NCBI GenBank assembly: GCA_000934665.2
Contig: KZ538301.1
Location: forward strand, 1 to 64,000
Direction of reading: 5' to 3'
DNA from: Catajapyx aquilonaris
Taxonomy: Eukaryota
Length of the DNA: 64,000 bases
Numbering within the stretch: the stretch's first letter is position 1; each line of letters begins with the position of its first letter. Position numbers and translations under genes: made by a program. The notes beneath the pieces are model-generated. The model was given only the letters and a program-made list of their open reading frames with translations. It was not told the DNA's origin and did no database searches. This document shows, one piece after another, positions 24,901-36,500 of this stretch.

Positions 24901-27900
24901 GTTGAGACAGCCTCCCCCCCCCCCNCCCCCCCCCCTCTCTCTCTTCCACCCTGCCTCCGCCCTCCATCCGTAAATCTGCCGCAAACTTGGTATTGAATGA
25001 AAATGCTGAGCTGCTGCACTCCGGGGCCCGCCCTTCAACTTGATCGAGTGCGCAGCTTATTTTGATGGCGTCTGAGCCAACTTTGTTGCCTCGCACACGT
25101 CGAGGCCTCGTTTCTTGCCCTCGCTTTGCTTGCTTGCTTGCTTGCTTTCTGGCACGGAAAGGGGGAGGGGGTAAAGCCCCAGACCCCTACAATGCTCCAA
25201 CCCGGCCCTCCTCCCCGCTACTTTACGTAGGTTCAAACTCGGTGCAACTTCTTCTTCAAAGTGGAAATTTCGGGTCCGCAATCACGGGCAACAATCAACA
25301 CGCATTTCGGTTCCAATTACCCCGCAGAATTTGCTCAGTGCCACTGACGAATCAGCGCCGCAGCTGTGTCATTTTTAAATGGTGCTAGCATGGGAGGTGA
25401 TGGATATCCTCAATCCCTGCAGCTCAACACCACCTAACTAGTTACATCAACATGTAAGGATAATAATTGCAAACAGGATGAAGCCCCTCATCTAACATGT
25501 GTTTAGAAAGTCAGCACAGATCCGCTCAGCCATACACTGACCATCAAGAGGATACTCTCTGACAGACTTGAAGGTTTCTGAATACATTTCAAAAGTTACT
25601 TGACGTACCGGTACAATATTGCAGTAAATTACTCTATATCAAAAAATTATAACATTGAATAATTATTCGTGAGAAAACACATTGTAACCGATGGTTACGC
25701 AGCAGATGCAACCTACCAGTATGCAGAAAGTAGGTTAGCCGATTTATTGGATGAAAATGAAAACACTATCTGTAAAAAAGACTTGGCCAGACGTATCCCT
25801 AGCGTGAAGCAACCATCAGCACTCGCCCAAGGCACAGCTCATCAGAAATAAAACAAGAGCGCTGATGATTACAGAGCCGGCCCCTAAATTTTGTTCATGT
25901 ACATAGCGGGTCATTCAAACGAGTTATACCTATTACCCCGAATAAATAACACAATTACGTATGTCATAAAATGATATGCGGGGGTGCTGCGAAACAAGTA
26001 CGTTGAGGTGCAACATTTGGCACAAGACGAGTCTATAAATCGCATCTAAATCACGTATAAGCAGCACGAAGGCCTTCTTAATGCCAGTGCCTGGCATTTT
26101 CCCCCACCCTATTTTTCCTTCTCCAAAATGACCAAAAATAGTACCCCCAGTACCGAATCGACGTGGGAGCCTGTGTAAAAGTGGACTATGATAAACTTCC
26201 CATTACTCCAACCCCTCCCCTGACCCTCTCCCTCCCTCCCTCCCTCCGACCTACAACACCCCCGCCCCCGTCTCCTTTTCCTTCTTTTAGTAACAAGCAG
26301 CAGGGCGAAGCCGTTTGGAAGGCCAGCATTCATCATTGTCACGGCCGTAATGATTGATCAAAGCACGCGCCCTTTTTTTCCTCTCTATTTTTTGTGCTCC
26401 CCCCCCCCCTNTCCCTGACTATTTTCCGACTATACCCCCGCCTGCCCCCTGTTCCTCCCTCCCGACCCTCTTCGTGCTCGCTCCGGGCAAAGTTCCGCTC
26501 CGTAAACGTTTTGCAGGGGTTTTTATTCAAATCTGTGGTAAGGGCCTGCTGGAGGATTTCAACCTGATTTGCATGTATTATGAGCAGGGATTGCACGGGG
26601 AGGGAGGGAGGGAGGGAGGGTTCATGCAGGTCATTTAAGCGCACTGAGTCACCCCCCTCTGGCCCACTGGCAATCTCTACCCTCCCTGCTCCAACTTTCT
26701 TTCAGACCCCAAAAAACACGCTCTAATCGCATTATGTTGTTAGCATTAGTCACCTCAAGTTTAATTTTCGACTGAATTAAGTGCAGCCTCAATGAGGCAG
26801 CAAAACATGAAAGGTTACACGTTCACACCCTCATGCGCAATCCCCTGGGATGGAAGTTACTCTCAAAATTTATCAGATATAGCGCAGCTGTCGTGGAGTT
26901 ATAGTAATGGGAAAGACGGATCGAAACACGTCTCCATTCAACTATTTCATTTAACATAGTATTTTTTAAATCTATTATCTTACTGAAAACCTACCTCGTA
27001 GAACTGGCACTAATTTATTTGTAGCTACTTGACACGATTTTGTGATGGCAGCTTGTATATACAGTATTATTACGCGCTACAAAATAATTCTTACTAGTTC
27101 TATACTAGTTTCCTACCAGTATATGCTGCGTTTGGGTTGTCAGTGCGAGTAAGTGGTGGCCCACTTCTCTAGAGCCGGGACTTTCAAGTTAAGGACCTGT
27201 GGTTTTCTCGAAAACAGAGTTCCTTCAACCGGTGCCAGTCAAGTTGACATAAGGTCAGGGGCAGTTGTCATTTCAGCGAGTAAAACGCACAGACGGTATG
27301 TCCCTTCCACACTTCCAGAGCAGACTAGGCACTGCAAAAGTATGACATATCGCAGAAATTCCATATTGTAGATTTTATTTTAATGGAATACATCTCGCTT
27401 TATAATCTGAATGATATGCGCTCAGTGAGTGTCTCCACGAATCCAGACGCAATGTGCCATGATTTGTTACCAAGTAATAACTTGAACCGACATGGAAGTA
27501 TGTCGCCTCTCTCACGGTGCATCAAGTATTTTTGAAAGGGTCTTTCCAGAGTGTGCCAAACAGTGGAATGCAGATGGAGTGCACGTAGGTTAGTCCTGAA
27601 TAATTAGATTGGACTTGGGTCTGAGTTGACGCTTGACAGAGAGAGAGGCGTCGTCCATTCGGAGACGGCCTAGAGGGCTGTGGGTGGGTGGTAATGAGTG
27701 TGAGCTAGGCCACATTTGCGACAAGTGGAGCCTGCCTCCATCCAAATGAGTCGTGCCGGACCCCCACCTAGGAATGAAAGCAAACGTGCACATATTCGCG
27801 TCATGCTTTCCTGCGCCTAATGACCTCGGTCCTGACCCCCTTCAAAAGCGCTCGTTAGCGTCGCGCCCAATTTTCCGCGCGTCCACTTTGTCCTGCGCCT

Positions 27901-29913
27901 CTTTCCGCCCTGCAGATATGTTTGCTTAATGCCCACGGCGATGCCCACTAATCGCTCGGAAATTAAGTGCCCGCCGCACAGCTAATTACTTTTTTTAAAC
28001 CCCTAGTCCAAGTTTACGCCTCACCTACACCATTCCGTCCCACTCGGACCAGACAGGACCTGGCCTAATAAAAAAGAATCGGGGGAAGGAGGAGGGATCC
28101 ACATGAGGGGGAACCTCAAGACTTGATTACCGACCACCAATTATCAGAATATCACTTAAGAACCAGATTTTCATGCTAATATTCGAGGAAGCATTATAGA
28201 GTGTTATCCATTCATCAGTAACATCTACCAAAAATGGTTACCTGAAATACTCTAGAAGCAGTGCGGCACATTCAGTGACAGTATTTAAAACTTGTAGCCT
28301 TATGGTAATGTAATCCCAAGTGAGCATTAAACGATGGCGTTATATTATGTTCAGTTTAGTGGTTGCACGGTGAACATTAGATGACACATGCAGCTCATGA
28401 ATAACTAAATACGTAAACAATGCGATGAACACTACGTACAGCCTTGTATACATCGCATTTCATAACAAATGGCAATTGTGTAACTGGTAGGATATGACTG
28501 TAAAGCGCTAAAGTGATATTTTGTCCATTGCCTGTAATTTGCGTAATTTGCTTCATTTCACGTAGACTGAACGTTACATCATGTTATTACAGACTTTCGG
28601 TATTTGCAAACCACCCTGTACATGTGCGGCATAACTGTACAAGCTTCAAAGAGGTTAGTTGACAAATACCGCTGGTTGTTACTGGTATATCATTAGGAAT
28701 CGCCCCCCGTGGCAATAGTTACATTACATATTCATTTCCGGGACTGTTTACCAGTAAACATCATCAATCCACCCCTCCGTTACACTTGATTCGTGTAAAC
28801 TGTAGACTATATAACCGCCCCCCCCCCCAACCTCTCATAAAAAAGCGCCGCTTGTAAATCTCAACCCTTGCTTATCTCCGGATATTCAAATCCAGCGTTT
28901 TCCATTTTGAGTGCCATAACCATGATCCATGCGTTCCCTTCCCAACAATGGACGAAACAAACGCTTCATAATAAACACATCCGTCTCTCCCGTTCGCTAG
29001 AAATGGCAATAAATGAGAGCAAGCCCCCGAAGCCTATGGGTCCCCTTTTCGCTAGATCTGTCTGAGGGACGCTGCACTTGATGCAGAACAAGATGGGGGC
29101 ATGACCACCCTCTCCCCATCCTATCCTCCTCTCTCCATTCCTGCAATCTTTCTGTCCCACAATGCCAGTCCACAGCTCGCATTCTAATCAAAGTGTCAGC
29201 CAGTACTCAGCGTCTATTGTGCGCCATTTAATTTATGGGAAAAGAGGACGGATCTCTTCAGGGTCCCGGATTCCAAATGAATTCGCGGGTTTTCATTCAA
29301 ATGACGTTACTTTACGGTATAATTCCTAAGGACGTGTGGTTTATACCACTGCGCTACAGTGCAATCATTATGCGGTGGAAAAAAAGTGAGGTAATGATTA
29401 ATGCATTCGTAGTAATGGCAGCAAAGGGGTCAAGTACACATACTGAAAAGCATGCACAGCCAGTCCTGTAGCACATGCGATCGTTATTGAATTATATTAC
29501 GGCGTCGACTAGTAGTTAAAAATTGTACATTTCGAAGCACTTTTTGGGAAAGCTCGTTTCAATTATTGGCCAACGTGTCAGAGCTGTTCAGAGTCTGTAC
29601 AAATATTTCTCTGGGATAAATACGCCCTGTCCCAACATATAGTGAGATATATGAAGTCGTGCTGGTTTTTTTTTAAAAAAAAGCTTTGCATCTGCAAAAA
29701 AACTCCCTCCTGTCTTCAAAACAAATTACAGTACGAGTTTAATCCTATAATTTACAGTCCCACTTATTTGACTCCTCAGGTAGAAACCGCTTTTGACTTG
29801 ATTCGACAAAATATATTTATGGTTGTACAAAACGCTCAGTCATAACCCCTAAAAAAATATTTTTATAAAACTAATTAAGAGCGGACTGTTATTACTGCCC
29901 GCTCTTAATTATA

Positions 29914-30531
29914 CAGTACCAATGTACTGTACGAACCATAACTGATGGGATAGCTGGGATCAGGTTAGGTCACTCCCACCCACCCCCTGCCGGGGCGTTT
30001 TGCAGCGGGTGCTCACCTGAGAGCGCCATTAGACATTTTGGAGCCCAGGTAAGTGGCGACCCTACCGGACTAGGCTGAACTTTATAGGTACGAAAGGGAA
30101 GTGCTACATGTTGGGCCTCCTAACCCCCTAATGTAGCCCTCCCCTTTCGTACCTATAAAGTTCAGCCTAGTCCGGTAGGGTCACCACTTACCTGGGCTCC
30201 AAAATGTCTCATGGCGCTCTCAAGTGAGCATCCGCTGCAAAATGCCTCGGCAGGTGATAACGCCAGAATGTGGTATCTTAGGGGGCTGGCTGGGATGATA
30301 AAATATAGTCATCATCCTGGGTAGTAGGCAACTGCATCCTTGTATCACGGGAAGTGTAACACGCAGGCGCACAGACAAGATTCCAAGGTTCTATTGGAAT
30401 CTTGTCTGTGCGCCTGCGTGTTATACTTCCCGTGATACAAGGATGCAGTTGCATACTACCCAGGATGATGACTATATTTTTATGATCCCAGCTATCCCAG
30501 CAGTTATGGTTCGTACATTGGTAGCCTACTG
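29914..30531. mobile_element. TA-flanked palindromic MITE (CAGTA...TACTG ends, Tc1/mariner-pogo type) interrupted by a nested insertion
   Basis: The right arm (30394-30531) is complementary to a split left arm (29914-29960 plus 30289-30386). Loop is GGTTCTA (30387-30393). TA flanks both sides. Confidence 0.9.
29961..30288. mobile_element. Nested fold-back insertion (328 bp) with probable 8-bp TSD; CAG...CTG ends, hAT-like or unclassified
   Basis: GCTGGGAT is duplicated at 29953-29960 and 30289-30296. An internal ~124-bp inverted repeat spans 29986-30109 vs 30131-30254. The outermost 25-34 nt are not complementary beyond CAG/CTG. Confidence 0.75.
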
Positions 30532-33500
30532 TATAACGAGACTAGGGAGAAGGGTCCAGGCTGTTTTACAGGGGGTCTGGACCAAGTTTGGCTCTGCGTG
30601 ACTGTGTGTGACATGGGGGGTACAAGAAAGAAAGAAAAAGCGGAAAATAAGCATGGCGTCCTGTGTGGAAGACCCTTAACATCTGTGAGTGCCTAGTCGA
30701 TTTAAGCATGATTTTACGGGGCTATATTGGGAATCGAAACTACAAAGCGGGTGATCCGTGAATAGCCAACAAGTTCCGATTCCAATCTCTTTGTTTCTGT
30801 TGGAACACCTTGTATTCAGGAGGAAAGCGGCATTAGCACAGTTGTTGGAGCCTACCCTTGGATAGAACCATATTGTAATTTATGTATCTCACAATCAGTT
30901 ATCATCAGAGCTCAGTGACCTCTGTCGACTGACCCGGTTTGACCCCCACAAGTCCCTTCCTCCCCCTCCTCTGCTCCCTCTTCGGAAGAGAGGGGTGAAA
31001 ACAAATGGCGTCGGGGGGCTGCCCTCGACAGGGGGTCTATCTGGCGGCCCAAATCAATGGGAGCCATCAGAAGGAAATCCAAGCGCCCGGATAACCCTCA
31101 TTAATCACCGCGGGCAACCACCGCCAGGGGGCTTCTGGGAAAAGTGGGCATGTGGGAGGGATGGTGAGGGGTCGTCGAGGTTACCAGGGTAGGGGAGGGA
31201 GAGGGTAAGAGGAGGACACCAAGACCCACTTCATTTGTCTCCGGTCTCCCACAGGACGCAGGTCACCCGGGATTCATCTCCACCCCTCCCCGCCAAGCCC
31301 CAACCGCCATCTTATCTCAACACCACCCACTACGGGGAGTCCGTAATTAGCCTGATTATAAATTCAGTTTCTAATCTGTCTAACAGTGCTTCTCATATAT
31401 TTGACCAACCCTCACAAGCGTAATTGTCAAATGAGCGCGGAGGGCGGGCCGCAAATACACAGGTAGAGGTGCCATTTTGCTAATGTGACAATAAATATTG
31501 TCCGCAATGTTAGTTATGTCTGCATATTTGCAGAAGAACTGTCATTCCCAATAATGGAGGTTTTCTATCATTTTGGCTATAATTAATAATTAAACTGCGA
31601 TTAAAACACCCCTTCATCCAGAACAATAATTTCCCGCGGGATCCTAATGTTTTTTATATATATTCTTAAACTAGGCTAAAATTATTACATCATAATTAAT
31701 ACTCATTTTTGATGATTATGAACTATGAGAAATGCTTTAATATATTGAATCAATAAAATAGCTCATTTCTTAGAGATGTTTGTGCTCGTCTTATAAGTTG
31801 CAATGGCTACAATATATCCTCACTTTTGAACGCAATGTAGTCAAAATTCTGCCGTGAACTTGCGCAATGTAACTCGATGCAAAAGCCCTCATGCGCTCCC
31901 AAATTACACAAAACCAGGCATGTTCCCGCAACTGGCTGTATTCTCATGACAATTTCCTGCTTTGGAATAGCGCTCTTCGATTGAGTAAGAGGAGTTTATC
32001 CTGCAGGTGTATGCAATCCAGGGCCTGCAGTGTACATCGGGAGAGTATACCCCTGAGGGATTAACCCATCCATCCGGCGCAGTAAAAGCCACGCGTGCGT
32101 TGTGTTTAAGTCAGGCGATTTCACGTCCCATGGAATTCAAAAAGAGGATTTGGGCAGGGGGGGAAAAAAAGTTCAAAAGAGTCCCTTCCGTGCTTGATTG
32201 AAAGGGTTACCGAATATAAAAATGGGTGGAATGGGGTGCCATGACTCCAGCGTAGGCTAATTGCGACGCAGGTAAATAATTGTGGTGAAATATAACGCAT
32301 GACATTTATGGTCCGGGGCTTTAAACGCTGAGCCCGATTTGAAACCGGGAGAGTGAGACAGAGGAGAGAGTTAGGTTTAATTAACCCGGATTGCAGAGCA
32401 ATATGCATCGATTAGCCTAATGTATTTCCTGATGGCATTTACGTCACAATAGGCTAACGAGGGCTTAGGGGCTAATAATAAGTGGGTTAAAGTCTTTGTT
32501 ATGAGGCCCAACTTTTGCGGGCTGGGACTCGAGGGAAATTGAGTCAATTTCAACTACGCCTATCTGCAGTTCAATGCGGTAGGTGGAGCCATAGGGCGTG
32601 TATAGATTGGGTGGGGTGGGGTGGGGTGGGTGGGTAGGGGGAGGTCATTTTTTGTGAGCTTGGCATAATCTCTCCAAAGACACCATTTTGCCCGGGTGAT
32701 GTATGTGGCTGTCACATTCGGACAAATCCGGGCGGCTCCCCGGATTCATTGCGCAACAGATGCAATTAGTCCGGATTGGGGATCAGTGCTCCGTTTTACA
32801 TGACGTTTGGAGATTTGTGTCGAACTCGTCACTCGAGTCGGTTAAGCATTAAATCGCGCATAGAATAATATTACCGGGGGAGGGCGGGAGCCGAATGACT
32901 TAAACAAGTAGTGCGACAGCGCCAATCGGTTCGGCCTGGAACATGGAAGCACCTTAAGGCTTATTTAACTATCTGTCGCATCGCATCGCCAGCTCGGCCT
33001 TGTACAAGGTGGAAATCAAGCGACGTGACAGGGAAATCCCTGGCCTGCCACCTGACTGGATGCGACAGCAGATGGACAAAAAAACGCCATTGTTATGCTC
33101 CGTTGCTTCCCAGCAGCACCACTACTGGAGCTGGGATCAAAGCTCATACTTGATTGGCCCTATCAGCTCATGCCTCAATTGCACATTGCAAGTGCGTCAT
33201 GTCCATCTATTACCAGATTCTCCGCTTTGGATACCTCTCCGCCAGATTTATGAGACCAGCATTAATGAGCCTTCAAGTGGACTTGTCCTACATATGTAAA
33301 GTGCCTGCCGGGGTCTATCTCAGGGCCACACGTGTGTGAGGTGGGGGAAACTCAGATCGATTCCTCCCACCCTCCCTCCCTTCCAGGGTCGGGGAAGCCA
33401 TTCTGTGGGCAAAGGTATTGCGAAAGGCAAGTGCGTGACTCTCAGACTTGGTCGATGCAAATGCTTTGATTTGTGTGCAAGCGGCGCATAATGGCGGAGG

Positions 33501-36500
33501 AGGTGAAAGGGGAGAGAGGGAGGAGGGGAACCTGTCTGTCATTAGAGTCCCAGCACCTCACAATGTTCCCTAGTCATGCCAGAAATTCCGGAAGGTTTCC
33601 ATGGTTCTATCCTACCATATTTTTAAACCCATATCACCTCCACCCTCCAAAAAATGGGGAGGAAAAAACTGGCGGCGCATCGCCTTCGAAAGTCACATAA
33701 CCCCAATTAGTCCGGGCCACTAATTGGGGCATCGAGAGCTGCGGTAACTACACAGCATATCATTAGTCAACCTGCTCGGAATTATACCTGGAAATAGCCT
33801 CCCCTACCTACCTACCTACCCTCTCCAACCTTGCCCCATCGGCTATACACATTCTGCTTTGATTACAGTGAGGGAGGAGGGGGAAAGATGATGGGCTAAT
33901 TATTGTTGCAACGGGGCTCCACGGATTTAAAGCCCAGCGCTGGGAGAATGATAGAAAGGGGACGGGTAACTCAATCACGTTTGAATTATCTCCGGGCCTC
34001 TTATGTCTCAGGGAGGACGTGTCCAGAATTTGCATACCGCTCTAGGCCAGCCTCCATTTCTTGACCCATACCGGGGCGGGGGGAACAGTCATCACGTGGC
34101 GGTCAATCCCATGCAACCGTTATCGCCAGACGTAATCGACAATAACCGGTGACCAACCGTGGAGGGGAGAGCCAGACCAACAAAAAAGTCCAATTGTCGA
34201 GTGGAATCGATGGATTGTCTTTGTACCACGCCCACTGTGGTACTACACGTGGATTTAATTGCATGCGATTAGGCCTAATGGTACAAAATAATGGTGCTGT
34301 ACGGGGGAAATGTATAAATAAATGGACACTCTACGTGCTGCTTCAGGAAGCACAGGTCCCTGCCTTTTTTGTCCATTTCCCAGCTAGTACTACAGCTCCT
34401 TTTAGCCAAATGATTGGATATATTTGTGATTTTTAAAAAGGCTCGATTCTTGGAAATCAGTGTCAGACATGGTTGTGAGGAAGCTAAAAAGAGCCGGGGT
34501 CTATGCCCCCCCACACCCATCCTTTTAATGAGTCGACTCCTTTTGCCATCACGCGATGCTGGGCTAAGATAACACTGCGAAAGGGGGCGCAGGGAGACCC
34601 GAGTGAATCTGAAAAGGAAGAGGAGAAAAGGAAAGAGAAAAAGGAAAAGAGGGGGAGAGAGGTTAGGTTTGCACAGGGCGCCCAAAGTAATCATGACTCA
34701 CGGGAGCGAACTAATCAAGATGTCAGGCCAAGGGAGAAGTGCATCGTCGAAGCTCGCTGATTGAAGCCAGGAATTAAGACCGGTTCCTCCCACGGCTACA
34801 ATTCGTCATCTACTGGACGACACGTACACAATTGGCCGGTACTCCCAATCGGCTATGTGTACAGTACACTGCTAATCCCCACAACATGTTTTGATAATTT
34901 GAGTCACTCTCTGAGGGAGAGTACGCAATGACCAAAATCCCACCCCTCCGGCTGTGGTTATGGTCCGCACACAGGCACAAAATGCAGTGCAACCAATACA
35001 TGTCAGAAACCCACTGCAGGACTCCCGCAATACCGTATTACACAAACTGTATATCCACACTTGTATAATAGGATTACAAAATTCGTCTGTCACTCGTAAT
35101 TGCTCGTGACAAATGTGAGTTGAAAGCTGGAAAAACTCCCCCGTCCTTCGAAACGCGCATAAAAAAGTCACATTAGCCATGTCCAAAATTGATGACTACA
35201 CGTCTCCATAATTACTTGACAAGTGATTCATCACCGACCAGTAGAGAACGAGTGGGGAAGGGGAAAAAAAGTGCTGCGTTTGCTCGTGTGATATGTCGTC
35301 CCGATAATCCGCCGTACACGACAACCTCATTGTCACCCACATTCGTGTAGCCTATTCAAATAGATATCCATGTGCCCGATTTGGCAAAAGCTCTTAGCAG
35401 ACACGTTCACACTTATGGATCTGATTTTTTGGCACTTAATTGAAGTGCCTCGTACATGTCATGTTCATTTTTTGTGTGTGTGCAGAAGTGGGCTAAAAGT
35501 AGGGCGCTGGAGACCACGGTTGCCGTACCTCACTTTCAGTGCATGACGTTGATAATGCGAAATAACGGTGTCTGAATGGAATGGCGGAAATGTGGGGCAG
35601 CTTGTCAGTGTCGATGGCATTGGAGTAACAATGCTATCTGTATGTGCATTTCGAGTCGAGGCTGGGATCGCTGTATATTAGCCGACAACTCGGCTTGCGT
35701 GCGTGCCTGTACAGGACGAGTTTCCAAGAAACCCCTATTTCATTTCCGACCGACTTGCGATAACACCCGATGTATAACATGGCACTTTGGGATTTTTACC
35801 TCCTATACGCGCTTATTATTCATCAGTTACTTTTAGACGCTTGATAATAATCAGAAGATCGGAGCAAACAATCGCCATGTGTGGATCACTCTGTAGACTG
35901 CAAGTACAGGGCGGACCACTGTATCAGAGGCTATAAAAGTCAGCTGCCATATTTTTCAAAAATGGAACACCTGAACATTTTAAATATCGAACTTGCACGT
36001 AGTTTTAGGGTCATCGAGAAGCTCGCTGACGTGGTCCTCAGCTGGCGGGCCGATACTTACGAAGGCTGTAAAATATAGCAACCATAAACACCTCCGCCTT
36101 CGGGCCTCACCCACCTAAGACGGCGAGATTGATGCGCTTGGAGCATCAAGAGCTCAATGGGGATTAAGTTCTTCTTGGACGTCAGGCTTTGGACATACAC
36201 AAGTGAGTGGTATTACGGGGCGTGTCACAAAACCAACAATCTATGCACTGGGCGACAGGGTGAACCGCAAGGTAAAATAATTTCAAGTGTCCCACATAAG
36301 CGAGGGACAATAGTATCCATTGCAGCATCCCTCCAGATGACTTTAAACCGCATGATTAACTAGCGAGTGAAAATAGATCCACAGCAGCTACAGTGGGAAA
36401 CAGAGGGTTCTCACATGATAACGAGACCAATTTCCAATGGTCCGGTACTTTCATGCAATTTTACAAATGGAAAGATAGCACAAAAGCTTATGCTGTCGGA

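Noticed and set aside
33030..33105. RTE-like peptide SLACHLTGCDSRWTKK
   Set aside because: It resembles WAGH...DxRWTK, but flanking motifs are absent; too short to support.
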